The notes under the pieces were generated by a model. That model was not told the DNA's origin. It did no database searches and saw only the letters and a program-made list of their open reading frames with translations. Positions 19,938-29,969 of a stretch of 64,000 nt of DNA are shown here, one piece after another (position 1 is the first letter of the stretch; each line of letters opens with the position of its first letter). This stretch comes from Clostridium sp. CAG:914 (GTDB taxonomy: Bacteria > Bacillota_I > Bacilli_A > RF39 > UBA660). The stretch lies in contig FR902162.1 in assembly GCA_000437895.1 (NCBI GenBank), positions 68,289 through 132,288 on the forward strand. Reading direction: 5' to 3'. Position numbers and translations under genes: made by a program.

Positions 19938-20642
19938 ATGACAGTGCATATAGAAAGTAATAAAGAAGATATTTCAAAGAATATTTTAATGCCAGGCGAT
20001 CCAAAAAGATGTGAGTATATAGCTAAAAATTATTTACAAGATTATAAGATTGTTAATAATGTTAGAGGAATGACAGCCTATACAGGATACTATAAAGGAA
20101 AAAGAATAACAATATTCCCATCTGGTATGGGAATACCAAGTATGGGAATATATTCATATGAATTATATAAGTATTATGATGTAGAAAACATTATCAGGAT
20201 AGGTTCATGTGGAGGATATAATCATACATTAAAACTAAAAGACATTATTTTAGTAGACAATTCATATAGTCAATCAACATATGCTAAATATTTAGATGGA
20301 TATCAAGATAATTTAGTAAAATCAACAAAAAATTTAAACGATATTATTCTAAAAACATCTAATGAACTAAGCATGAATATAATAAAAGGAACTATATGTT
20401 CTACAGATGTTTTTTATGAAAAAGATTACAAAAATAAACCTATAGAAGAATATAATATTTTAGGGGTTGAAATGGAATCTTTTGCCTTATTTAATAATGC
20501 AAGAACACTAGAAAAAAATGCTGCATGTTTGCTTACTGTTTCTGATTCATTTTTTAGTGAAGATAAATTAACATCCTTAGAAAGAGAACAAAATTTAAAT
20601 GAAATGATAGTTCTCGCATTAGAAAGTTGTTTAAAATTATAA
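19938..20642 (+). CDS. deoD: Purine nucleoside phosphorylase DeoD-type
   Basis: ILMPGDPKRCEYIAKNYL aligns with E. coli DeoD VLMPGDPLRAKYIAETFL. C-terminal SMGIPS/EMES motifs. Confidence 0.85.
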   Translation: MTVHIESNKEDISKNILMPGDPKRCEYIAKNYLQDYKIVNNVRGMTAYTGYYKGKRITIFPSGMGIPSMGIYSYELYKYYDVENIIRIGSCGGYNHTLKLKDIILVDNSYSQSTYAKYLDGYQDNLVKSTKNLNDIILKTSNELSMNIIKGTICSTDVFYEKDYKNKPIEEYNILGVEMESFALFNNARTLEKNAACLLTVSDSFFSEDKLTSLEREQNLNEMIVLALESCLKL

Positions 20643-20675
20643 AAAGTAGCCATAATATGTAAAGGAGGGATAGTT

Positions 20676-21932
20676 ATGGAATATATTTGCTATAATATGA
20701 ATGCATATAATTTACATATAGTAAATACTAAAAAATTTAAAACAATCACCGTAGACATATGTTTTAGAGAAAAAATTAATAAAGATGAAATAACATTAAG
20801 AAACTTATTGAAAGAAATTATGGTAAATGCCTCATATGACTATCCAAGTGAAAGAGAGCTTATAAAAGCTACGGAAGAGTTATATGATTTAAAACTATTA
20901 ACATCAACATATCGAATAGGAAATTATAATTTTCTATCTATGAAGATTCGTTTTTTAAATGAAAAATACACAGAAAAAGGTATGAATTATGCATCTATTA
21001 AATTATTGTTAGATCTAATATTTAAACCAAAACTAGATGCTGATTTTGAAAAATGTAAAAATAAAATAGAAAAGAGTATACTTTCATTAAATGATAATAA
21101 AGTAAAGTATGCAATATCAAAATTGCTAGAAAGTACAAAGGATATGCCATATTCTTATAATTTCTATGGAAATATAGAAGACTTAAATAAAATAACAATA
21201 GAAGATATAAAAAAATGTTATGAAAATCTTTTGACTAACGATATAATCGATATATTTGTTGTTGGAGAAGTAAATCCAGAAGAAATAAAAAATATATTTA
21301 AGGAAAATTTCAAAGTAAAGACATTCCATAAAGTAGATAATAAAGTAATTGTAAAAGAACTAACACCACGTGCAAAAACTAATATAATTAGAGAACAAGA
21401 TGATATTAATCAAATTCAACTAACTATTTTATGTAGTCTTAATAGTATAACAGAATATGAAAGAAAATATGTATCATTAGTATATTCAGAAATGTTAGGA
21501 GGAAGTGCAAATTCTATTCTATTTGATACTGTAAGAGAAAAAAAATCTTATGCATACTATGTCAATAGTATTATAAAACCATATGATAATAATATGATTA
21601 TATACTCTGGAATCCATGAAGATAATGAAAAAGAAGTAATTAAATTAATAAAAAAATGTTTAAAAGACATTACAAAAGGAAAATTTAATGATGAAATATT
21701 TCTAAGTAGTAAAAATACAATAATTTCTTCATTAAAAGCAAGTTTAGATAACCCAATAGGTATAATTAATAACTGCTTATCCAATATTCTGGTGTCATCT
21801 CCAACAATTGAAGAAAAGATTAAAATTATTGAAAAAATAACCAAAGAAGAAGTAATTAATTTCAGTAAAAAAATAACTATACATACAATATATATTTTGG
21901 AGGGGTCTAATGAAGAAAATAACAATCAATAA
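20676..21932 (+). CDS. M16-family peptidase-like protein (no HxxEH motif, likely non-catalytic partner)
   Basis: Length and fold consistent with M16. No inverted zinc motif in the N-terminal domain. Confidence 0.6.
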   Translation: MEYICYNMNAYNLHIVNTKKFKTITVDICFREKINKDEITLRNLLKEIMVNASYDYPSERELIKATEELYDLKLLTSTYRIGNYNFLSMKIRFLNEKYTEKGMNYASIKLLLDLIFKPKLDADFEKCKNKIEKSILSLNDNKVKYAISKLLESTKDMPYSYNFYGNIEDLNKITIEDIKKCYENLLTNDIIDIFVVGEVNPEEIKNIFKENFKVKTFHKVDNKVIVKELTPRAKTNIIREQDDINQIQLTILCSLNSITEYERKYVSLVYSEMLGGSANSILFDTVREKKSYAYYVNSIIKPYDNNMIIYSGIHEDNEKEVIKLIKKCLKDITKGKFNDEIFLSSKNTIISSLKASLDNPIGIINNCLSNILVSSPTIEEKIKIIEKITKEEVINFSKKITIHTIYILEGSNEENNNQ

Positions 21933-23196
21933 AGTAAATGAAGATATATATTATGAAAAACTAGATAATGGATTAGAAGTATATTTTTATATTAATCCAA
22001 CTATTCATAATAATTATGTAACATATACAACAAAATATGGATCTATCTATAAAGAATTTACCCCCATTAATGAAGATAAAATGATAAATGTACCTAATGG
22101 AATAGCCCATTTTCTAGAACACAAAGTATTTGTTCAAGAAATAGATCCACAACCAGAAGAATTTTTTGCTCAAAATGGTGCATTATGTAATGCGTATACA
22201 ACATTTAAAAATACGACATATCTTTTTTCTGGACCAGACAATTTAAAAGAAAATATCATTTACTTATTAGACTATGTATCATCACTATATTTAACAGAAG
22301 AGAATGTAGAGTCAGAAAAAAACATAATTATTCAAGAAATTAATATGTGCAATGATAGACCAACTGATATTTTATATGATATGATTAGAAAAAATACTAT
22401 AAAAAATAATCCATTTAAAGAAAGCATAATAGGGACAGCAAAAGAGGTAAAAAGTATAACAAAAGAATTATTGGAAACTTGTTACAATACTTTTTATAAT
22501 TCTTCAAATATGTTTCTTGTTGTTACTGGTAATTTTGATAAAGATGAAATATTAGAAGCTATTAAAGAAAATCAAAGTAAAAAAAATCAAAAAGAAATTC
22601 CCAAAATTGAAGTAAAAAAATATAAAGAACCTGATAAAATTGTAAAAGAAAAAGAAATAATCAAATGTAATACTAACATACCTAAAGTAGCATATAGTGT
22701 TAAAATAAATGTTGATAAATTAAAAGTTGATAAAAGAAAATTGAATGTTTACATGTATTTATTATATACATTATTATTTGGAGATACTTCTAATTTTGAT
22801 GAAAAAATGAAAAAACAAGGTATAATAACAAGTACACTATATTATAATTTTCTAGATATTGGAAGTCATTTCATATTATCTTTAATCAATAGTTGTTATG
22901 AATACGAAAAATTAATAAAAGAAATAGAAAAAATATCATCAAATATAACTATTGATAAAAATGAATTTGAAAGAAAGAAGAAAGTATTAATAAGTAATGA
23001 AATATTTAGTTATGAAAATGTTGAAATGATTAATGATATGATAATAGATAATATTTTGTTTGATGGAACAATCTATGAAGATACGATAGGCATGATTAAT
23101 TCACTAAATGTAGAAGAATTAGAAAAAATAATAAAAGAGATAGATTGGAATAATAAAAGTATCGTTATATTGGATAAAAATGCAACCGCAGAGTAA
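21910..23196 (+). CDS. M16-family zinc peptidase (catalytic subunit)
   Basis: HFLEH inverted zincin motif near the N-terminus. Overlaps the preceding M16-like gene. Confidence 0.75.
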   Translation: MKKITINKVNEDIYYEKLDNGLEVYFYINPTIHNNYVTYTTKYGSIYKEFTPINEDKMINVPNGIAHFLEHKVFVQEIDPQPEEFFAQNGALCNAYTTFKNTTYLFSGPDNLKENIIYLLDYVSSLYLTEENVESEKNIIIQEINMCNDRPTDILYDMIRKNTIKNNPFKESIIGTAKEVKSITKELLETCYNTFYNSSNMFLVVTGNFDKDEILEAIKENQSKKNQKEIPKIEVKKYKEPDKIVKEKEIIKCNTNIPKVAYSVKINVDKLKVDKRKLNVYMYLLYTLLFGDTSNFDEKMKKQGIITSTLYYNFLDIGSHFILSLINSCYEYEKLIKEIEKISSNITIDKNEFERKKKVLISNEIFSYENVEMINDMIIDNILFDGTIYEDTIGMINSLNVEELEKIIKEIDWNNKSIVILDKNATAE

Positions 23197-23215
23197 TAAA
23201 AACTCTGTTTTTTTA
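23189..23215 (+). terminator. Rho-independent terminator
   Basis: CAGAGT-aataaaa-ACTCTG hairpin followed by T8. Confidence 0.6.
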
Positions 23216-23303
23216 GTTTCTATTTAGTTAATTCTTAACAACACAATTATTTTATATGCTATTATTATGATGTCTAACTTTCTAGAACACATAAGGAGAA
23301 AAA

Positions 23304-25430
23304 ATGTTAAAACTAGAAAATATTAATAAAAGTTATAATAATGAATTGATTTTAAAAAATATTAACCTCTATTTTGAAGATACCGGATTTATATCAATAT
23401 TAGGTCCATCGGGAAGCGGAAAAACTACATTATTAAATATTATTTCAGGACTTATTAAACCAGATAGTGGTACTATTCAATATAACAATTTATTATTAAA
23501 TAAGTTTAATAGAAAATCATGGGATTCTTTTAGAACTTATAATTTAAGTTACATATTTCAAGACTATAAATTATTAGAAGATATAACAGTTACAGACAAT
23601 ATAAAAATAGTAACCAATAATAACAATAAGATAAAACAATTACTAGCAAAACTAGAAATAAATAAAATACAAAAACAAAAAGTAAATAAATTATCCGGAG
23701 GAGAAAAACAACGCGTTGCAATTGCAAGAGCATTAGCTAATGATCCAGATATATTATTAGCAGATGAACCAACCGGAGCTCTTGATACCATTAATAGTGT
23801 AAAAATAATGAATATTTTAAAAGAAATGTCTAAAAACAAACTTGTTATAATAGTCACACACAATATAGAATTAGCTAAAAAATACTCAGACAAAATTATA
23901 TATATAAAAGATGGTACTATTGAACATAACGATTATATAAAAGAATTTACAGATATAAAAACAACTATATTAAAGAAAAATAAATCATCAATAAAAAGTA
24001 TAATTAAATTAGCTCTAAATGGATTAAAAAGTAAAAAGAAAAGAACTATATTAACATCATTAGCTAGTTCCATAGGTATTATAACTATGGCCTTAGTATT
24101 ATTAATATCTAATGGTTTCAATAAAGATTTAAAAAATTATGAAGAAACAACTTTATCTAAAATACCAATTACAATTTCTAATGGCATATATGAAAAAAAA
24201 TCAAATAGTGAAAAATTAAAAGATAATCAAATCAATATAAAGAAAAAAGATGAATACTTACATGAAAATAACATAGATAATAATTATCTAAATTATATAA
24301 ATAAACTAAATAATAATTATTACATATCATATAAGTATGATATAAATTTACCACTACTTACAAATAAATATAAATATATAGATATATCATATTTCAATAT
24401 GATTCCTTATAAAGATAATGATTATATAAAAGAAAATTATAATATTATATATGGAAGAAATATAAATAACTATAATGAAGTATTACTAGCTATAGACGAA
24501 AATAATATGGTAGAAGAAGACCTACTTATGACATTTGGAATAAATACTGACATAGAATATAATAAATTAATTAATACTAAAATAAAAATAATACCCAATG
24601 ATATTTATTATAAAGAAGAAAATAATTATTTTATAGTTAACAATGACCTACAATATCAATATAGTAATGGAATAGAATTAACAATCGTAGGTATAGTAAA
24701 AGAAAAAGAACCAATAAAAAATATAAGTACTATTTTATATAATAAAGAATTAATTGATAAATATTTAACTATAAATGAAAATAGTAAAATAGTAAAAAAA
24801 TATCTAAATACAGATAATGTTATAATACCTAGCAATACTACAAAAGATAAAATATTAAGTTATCTTGGATATAAGACTATTCCTTATGAAATAGAAATAT
24901 ATGCCAATAACATATATGACAAAGAAAATTTAATAAAATATTTAGATAATTATAATAAAGAAGAAGATAAAATAATTTATATTGATATCACTAAAGATAT
25001 GTTAGAACTATTAAAAAATATTATAAATATAATAACTATTGTCTTAGTAACATTTTCTCTAATTTCCCTAATTGTTTCATCCATAATGATAAGTATTATA
25101 ACCAATATGAGAGTATTAGAAAGAACAAAAGATATTGGAATACTTAGAAGTATAGGAAAAAGTAGAAAAACAATATCTAGATTATTTAATATAGAAAATA
25201 TTTTAATTGGAATAATTTCTTCAATAATATCATCGTTAATAGTGTATATCTTAGTTAATCCTATCAATATATTATTAAATAAACTATTAGATATGGGAAA
25301 TATCCTAGAATATAATTATAAATATATGCTTATCTTATCATTATTAAACATAACCATTACTATGTTATCTGGATATATTCCTAGTAAAAAAGCAAGTAAA
25401 AAAGAAATTATCACTTGTTTTAATACATAA
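23304..25430 (+). CDS. Fused ABC ATPase + FtsX-like permease (MacB-type transporter)
   Basis: Walker A GPSGSGKT, signature LSGGEKQR, Walker B ILLADEP. The C-terminal half has 4 TM helices of FtsX type. Confidence 0.8.
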   Translation: MLKLENINKSYNNELILKNINLYFEDTGFISILGPSGSGKTTLLNIISGLIKPDSGTIQYNNLLLNKFNRKSWDSFRTYNLSYIFQDYKLLEDITVTDNIKIVTNNNNKIKQLLAKLEINKIQKQKVNKLSGGEKQRVAIARALANDPDILLADEPTGALDTINSVKIMNILKEMSKNKLVIIVTHNIELAKKYSDKIIYIKDGTIEHNDYIKEFTDIKTTILKKNKSSIKSIIKLALNGLKSKKKRTILTSLASSIGIITMALVLLISNGFNKDLKNYEETTLSKIPITISNGIYEKKSNSEKLKDNQINIKKKDEYLHENNIDNNYLNYINKLNNNYYISYKYDINLPLLTNKYKYIDISYFNMIPYKDNDYIKENYNIIYGRNINNYNEVLLAIDENNMVEEDLLMTFGINTDIEYNKLINTKIKIIPNDIYYKEENNYFIVNNDLQYQYSNGIELTIVGIVKEKEPIKNISTILYNKELIDKYLTINENSKIVKKYLNTDNVIIPSNTTKDKILSYLGYKTIPYEIEIYANNIYDKENLIKYLDNYNKEEDKIIYIDITKDMLELLKNIINIITIVLVTFSLISLIVSSIMISIITNMRVLERTKDIGILRSIGKSRKTISRLFNIENILIGIISSIISSLIVYILVNPINILLNKLLDMGNILEYNYKYMLILSLLNITITMLSGYIPSKKASKKEIITCFNT

Positions 25431-25500
25431 ATAGATAAAAATACTATTGTTTAAGTTAATTTTATAAAAAATACTCATATAATAACATAGGTGATAAATA

Positions 25501-25842
25501 ATGGATAACATAAACGAATTTAAGTCCTTTGTAAAAAAACACCCCAATTTAAATAGCTATGTCACAGATGGACAAATGACATGGCAAAAGTTCTACGAAA
25601 TGTACGATATGTATGGAGAAGATAGTGAAGTTTGGCAATCATATAAAACAAAAGAAAGAAAGACAACAAGTTTAACAGATATAGTCAATATGGCCAAAAA
25701 TGTCGATGTAGATAAATTACAAGATGGAATAGGGTCTCTTCAAAAAGCTATAACTTTGTTTAGCGATTTATTCTTATCTAAAGATACAGAAGCAAAATCC
25801 ACATATAAACCAAGAGCTATATATAAAAGGTTTGATGACTAA
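25501..25842 (+). CDS. ylbD: YlbD-like protein (putative spore coat protein family)
   Basis: N-terminal EFKSFVKKHPNL...TWQKFYEMY resembles B. subtilis YlbD. ylbD-ylbE-ylbF-rsmD synteny. Confidence 0.45.
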   Translation: MDNINEFKSFVKKHPNLNSYVTDGQMTWQKFYEMYDMYGEDSEVWQSYKTKERKTTSLTDIVNMAKNVDVDKLQDGIGSLQKAITLFSDLFLSKDTEAKSTYKPRAIYKRFDD

Positions 25843-26063
25843 TGAGTTTAGAATTACAATATAGAATAAACAGTGATCCAAGATTAAAACAATTTCTAAG
25901 AGAAAATTCCTATTGGTATAAATATCTAAATAGAAGTAATACCTATCTAAAACCATTTATATCTGATATGAAAGATAAATATAAATTAAAAACAACAGAT
26001 AAAATAAATAAATTAACTAATAATATTAGTATGGTAAGAGCTTTCTTAGATGTCTTAAAATAA
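25842..26063 (+). CDS. ylbE: YlbE-like protein
   Basis: P.LKQFLRENSYWYKYLNRS matches the YlbE-family N-terminal pattern. The synteny supports the call. Confidence 0.45.
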   Translation: MSLELQYRINSDPRLKQFLRENSYWYKYLNRSNTYLKPFISDMKDKYKLKTTDKINKLTNNISMVRAFLDVLK

Positions 26064-26101
26064 AAGTAGACAATATAAAATTATTGTGTTATTCTTGATA
26101 T

Positions 26102-26404
26102 ATGAACGAAATTATAGAAAATACATTTATTTTTATAGACGATTTAGAAAAGTCAGACTTAATTAAAGAATTAACTGAATGCAAAGAAATATTATCAAAA
26201 GATAATAAAGTTTTAAATCTAATAAAAGAATATAATAATCTAGAAGATACAAATATACTATTAAATCTAAAGAAAGAGTTATATCAAAATCATACTTATC
26301 AAAGATATATGGAATTATATGATGAATTATATATGTTAGTTAAAAGCATCAATAAAAAGTATTCAAGTTATCTAGGAGAAAATGTATGTCAGAAAAATAC
26401 ATAA
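26102..26404 (+). CDS. ylbF: YlbF/YmcA-family (RicF-like) regulatory protein
   Basis: Size, helical character and position in the ylb cluster. Confidence 0.45.
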   Translation: MNEIIENTFIFIDDLEKSDLIKELTECKEILSKDNKVLNLIKEYNNLEDTNILLNLKKELYQNHTYQRYMELYDELYMLVKSINKKYSSYLGENVCQKNT

Positions 26405-27045
26405 CTTATAATATAGATAACAATATAGAATGTTACTATACATATAAAGGTTATACATTAGAAAATTTAATTAAAGACTTAAATATAGATAATTACTATA
26501 TATTAAAACAAATACATTCTAATAAAGTATTTGATATTACTAACATACCAAAGAATTATGAAGGAGATGGATTAATAACAAATAAGTCTAATATAGCTTT
26601 AGTTACTAAAAGTAAAGATTGTAACAGTATTTTTATAATAGACACTAAAAATAAAATACTAGGTAATATTCATTCAGGATGGAAAGGAACACTTAAAAGT
26701 ATTATAACAATAGCTATAAATCAAATGAAAGAAAAATATAACAGTGCATCAAAAGACATAAAAATAGTATTTAATCCATCCATAAGAGAATGTTGCTTTG
26801 AAGTAGATAATGATGTATATGATTTATTTATAAAAAAATATAAAGACAAGTCTTATTATCAAAAAGTAGGTAATAAATATCTTATAAACCTAGTAAAAAT
26901 AATAAAAGATGATGCTAAAAAATTAGGAATAAAAGAAGAAAATATTATAGATAATAATATTTGTACATTATGTAATAGAAAATTGTTTAATTCACATAGA
27001 AATAATGATATAGAATTAAATTATGCATTAATAATAAAGAGGTAA
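26386..27045 (+). CDS. pgeF: PgeF/YfiH (DUF152) family purine-nucleoside-phosphorylase/laccase-domain protein
   Basis: HSNKV, GDGLITN, KDCNSIFI and HSGWKGT motifs correspond to the HS..V / DC.P / HAGWRG signature. Confidence 0.75.
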   Translation: MSEKYITYNIDNNIECYYTYKGYTLENLIKDLNIDNYYILKQIHSNKVFDITNIPKNYEGDGLITNKSNIALVTKSKDCNSIFIIDTKNKILGNIHSGWKGTLKSIITIAINQMKEKYNSASKDIKIVFNPSIRECCFEVDNDVYDLFIKKYKDKSYYQKVGNKYLINLVKIIKDDAKKLGIKEENIIDNNICTLCNRKLFNSHRNNDIELNYALIIKR

Positions 27046-27047
27046 TA

Positions 27048-27596
27048 ATGAGAGTAATAAGTGGAATATTAAAAGGTAAAAATATAGAAGGATATAGTAT
27101 TAGTGGTACTAGACCAACCATGGATAGAGTAAAAGAATCCGTTTTTTCTACAATTCAAGATAGCATTAAAAATAGTGTAGTACTAGACCTATTTGCCGGT
27201 AGTGGACAATTAGGCATAGAAGCAATTAGTAATGGCAGTAAACTATGCTATTTTATAGATAACAACAAAGAAGCTACAAATACCATAAAAAAGAATATAG
27301 AATTATTAAATATTAAAGACAAATCTATAGTACTTAACTATGATTATAAAAAAAGTCTAAATTATTTTAAAGATAATAATATTAAATTTAATATTATATT
27401 TGTAGATCCACCATATGACTATGATGTATTAGATAAAGTTATATCAAAAATATTAGAATATAATCTATTAGAAAAAAAAGGTATATTAGTAATAGAGCAT
27501 ACTAAAGAAATAAAAGGAGACTATAAAGATTTATACTTATATAAAGCAAAGAAATATGGATATAAATACATAAACATATACATAAGAAATAACTGA
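27048..27596 (+). CDS. rsmD: 16S rRNA (guanine966-N2)-methyltransferase RsmD
   Basis: GTRPTMDRVKESVFS, LDLFAGSGQLGIEA and FVDPPY motifs. Confidence 0.85.
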   Translation: MRVISGILKGKNIEGYSISGTRPTMDRVKESVFSTIQDSIKNSVVLDLFAGSGQLGIEAISNGSKLCYFIDNNKEATNTIKKNIELLNIKDKSIVLNYDYKKSLNYFKDNNIKFNIIFVDPPYDYDVLDKVISKILEYNLLEKKGILVIEHTKEIKGDYKDLYLYKAKKYGYKYINIYIRNN

Positions 27597-27616
27597 TTTA
27601 ACATAATCAGTTTTTA
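27592..27616 (+). terminator. Rho-independent terminator overlapping the rsmD stop
   Basis: ACTGATT-taacat-AATCAGT hairpin followed by TTTTT. Confidence 0.55.
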
Positions 27617-27734
27617 TATTAGTGATAGTAATGGAAATTGTCAATAATTATCATAAAGTGTGTAAAATTTAATAGCTAACAGTTGACAATGACCAAGCAA
27701 AATGATAACCTTATATCATAGGAGGAAAATAAAA

Positions 27735-28187
27735 ATGAAAAAATTAAACAGAAAAGGTTTTACATTAGTTGAGTTACTAGCAGTTATCATAATTCTAGCT
27801 GTAGTAGTAGGTATTACTATACCAACAATTTTAACTACAACAGCTAATGCCAAGAAAAAAGCATTTGAAACAGCAGCAGCAACAGCAGCAGATTGGTTTG
27901 ACAGACAATATCAGTCATATTTAATTGGTAATCCAGATTTATCACAATATGATGCAGCTTTTGAAACACTTTTCATTGATACTACCAATAAAACATTAAA
28001 GCAAACATCGGTAAAAATAGATGCTACATCTTTAATTCAAAATGCTGGATTATCAACAAAAAATGTTTTAAAAATGGAAGTAACATTCAATAGTGCTGGA
28101 AGATCATGTGTTGAACTAACACCACAACCAGATGGTGATTATGCTAACATTACTGGTATGCCCACAGCTGAAGGTGGAAATTGTTAA
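27735..28187 (+). CDS. Type IV (major) pilin-like protein with C-terminal disulfide loop
   Basis: Class III prepilin leader MKKLNRKG|FTLVELLAVIIILAVV with Gly-1/Phe+1/Glu+5. C-terminal Cys...Cys D-region-like loop (SCVELTPQPDGDYANITGMPTAEGGNC). Takes the internal ATG as start. Confidence 0.7.
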   Translation: MKKLNRKGFTLVELLAVIIILAVVVGITIPTILTTTANAKKKAFETAAATAADWFDRQYQSYLIGNPDLSQYDAAFETLFIDTTNKTLKQTSVKIDATSLIQNAGLSTKNVLKMEVTFNSAGRSCVELTPQPDGDYANITGMPTAEGGNC

Positions 28188-28188
28188 C

Positions 28189-28214
28189 TAGAAGCAAAAA
28201 TGCTTCTTTTTTCT
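28189..28214 (+). terminator. Rho-independent terminator after the pilin gene
   Basis: AGAAGCA-aaaa-TGCTTCT hairpin followed by a T-run. Confidence 0.6.
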
Positions 28215-28260
28215 TTGTGAGTTTTATGATATACTTATCTTATAAGAAAGAGGTAAGAAA

Positions 28261-29166
28261 ATGAATGAATTAATTATAGGAAGTCATGTATCATTTAATA
28301 ATAAAGATCAATTATTAGGGGCTGTTAAAGAAGCAGTATCTTATGGAAGCAATACATTTATGTTTTATACGGGAGCGCCTCAAAATACTAGACGAGGAGA
28401 AATAAATGATTTTGTGACTTTAGAAGCATATAAATTAATGAAAGAAAATAATATTGAATTAGATAAAGTAATAGTACATGCTCCATATATTGTTAATTTA
28501 GCAAATCCAGATAATATGGAGTTCTCAATTGATTTTTTAACTAATGAAGTAGAAAGATGTAATTTACTAGGTATGAAATATTTGGTTCTACATCCCGGTT
28601 CTAGCGTTAATGTATCAAGAGAAGAAGGAATTGCTAATATTATTAAAGGACTAAATGCTATATTGACAAATAACAATAATATTTGTATATGTTTAGAAAC
28701 TATGGCAGGTAAGGGTAACGAATTAGGAAGAAACTTTTTAGAATTAAAAGAAATTATAGATGGAGTAAATTTTAAAGATTCAATTGGAGTATGTATGGAT
28801 ACATGTCATTTATTTGATAGTGGTATTGATATAACAGATTTTGACAAAGTATTAGATGACTTTGATAAACAAATAGGACTAAATTATTTAAAATGTATTC
28901 ATATAAATGATAGTAAGAATATATTCTCTAGTCATAAAGATAGACATGAGAATATAGGGTATGGTAACATTGGTTTTGATATATTAATTAAAATTATATA
29001 TAATGAAAGAATTAAAAATATACCAAAAATATTAGAAACTCCTTATGTAGGAAAAACTGATGATGACAAAGAAAGAATATATCCACCATATAAATATGAA
29101 ATAGAGATGATTAGAAATAAAAAATTTGATACTAGTCTTTTAGAAAAAATTAGAAATAATGAATAA
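28261..29166 (+). CDS. nfo: Endonuclease IV (AP endonuclease, Nfo)
   Basis: HAPYIVNLANP, HPGS, ETMAGKGNELG, CMDTCHLF and HINDSK motifs of the Nfo TIM barrel. Confidence 0.9.
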   Translation: MNELIIGSHVSFNNKDQLLGAVKEAVSYGSNTFMFYTGAPQNTRRGEINDFVTLEAYKLMKENNIELDKVIVHAPYIVNLANPDNMEFSIDFLTNEVERCNLLGMKYLVLHPGSSVNVSREEGIANIIKGLNAILTNNNNICICLETMAGKGNELGRNFLELKEIIDGVNFKDSIGVCMDTCHLFDSGIDITDFDKVLDDFDKQIGLNYLKCIHINDSKNIFSSHKDRHENIGYGNIGFDILIKIIYNERIKNIPKILETPYVGKTDDDKERIYPPYKYEIEMIRNKKFDTSLLEKIRNNE

Positions 29167-29302
29167 AGTATGTTATTTAAAAAATAATATGCTTTTTTCT
29201 ATCTATCTATGTAATTTAATAAAAAAATAATATTTCACTTAAATGTAGTTGATATTTTGCCAAATATTTTGTATAATGTTAGAAGAATAGGAGTGTTTTA
29301 AC

Positions 29303-29959
29303 ATGGCAGAAAAACCGGAAATGACAGTTGAATATGACAATAAATTTGGCGTTAAACATTATAAAGTTAAAGTAATTAAGAAAAAAGAAAATCTTTTTAA
29401 ATACATTGTAAGTGTATTATCTTATGCTGTTTTTATATGGCTTCTTCTTATTGGAGGAACACTGCTTTTATATGTAGCAGATATTAAGATAAGAGCCATG
29501 AAAGGAGATAATTCTCCACCGGTATTTAATGCTTATGTTGTTATGTCTGGTAGTATGTTACCACAGATTAAAATAAAAGATATTGTTGTTACTAAAAGAG
29601 TTCCTGAAGAAAGACTTAAAGTTGAAGATGTTATAACATTTATTAGTCCAGACGAAAGACTTGGAGGAATAACTATTACTCATAGAATAAAAGAAAAATT
29701 TTATGATGATAGTATTAAAGGCTTCTATTATAGAACAAAAGGTGATAATAATAATATTGCTGATCCAGCTTTAGTTCCTTATGATAATATATTAGGTAAA
29801 GTAATACTAAAAATACCTAAATTAGGATATTTACAAGACATACTTGCAAGTAAAGGAACAGTTATAATTGTAATAATTATTCCATGTCTAGTAATATTTT
29901 CTTATGATATAATGAAGGGCTTAAAGAGTCTAGGAAAAAAGACTAAACTTATAAAATAG
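29303..29959 (+). CDS. sipW: SipW-type (archaeal/ER-like) signal peptidase I
   Basis: Catalytic VVMSGSMLP (SGSMEP-like), DVITF, ITHRI and KTKGDNN motifs. A C-terminal TM anchor follows the catalytic domain, which is characteristic of SipW. Confidence 0.8.
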   Translation: MAEKPEMTVEYDNKFGVKHYKVKVIKKKENLFKYIVSVLSYAVFIWLLLIGGTLLLYVADIKIRAMKGDNSPPVFNAYVVMSGSMLPQIKIKDIVVTKRVPEERLKVEDVITFISPDERLGGITITHRIKEKFYDDSIKGFYYRTKGDNNNIADPALVPYDNILGKVILKIPKLGYLQDILASKGTVIIVIIIPCLVIFSYDIMKGLKSLGKKTKLIK

Positions 29960-29969
29960 GAGTTATTTC

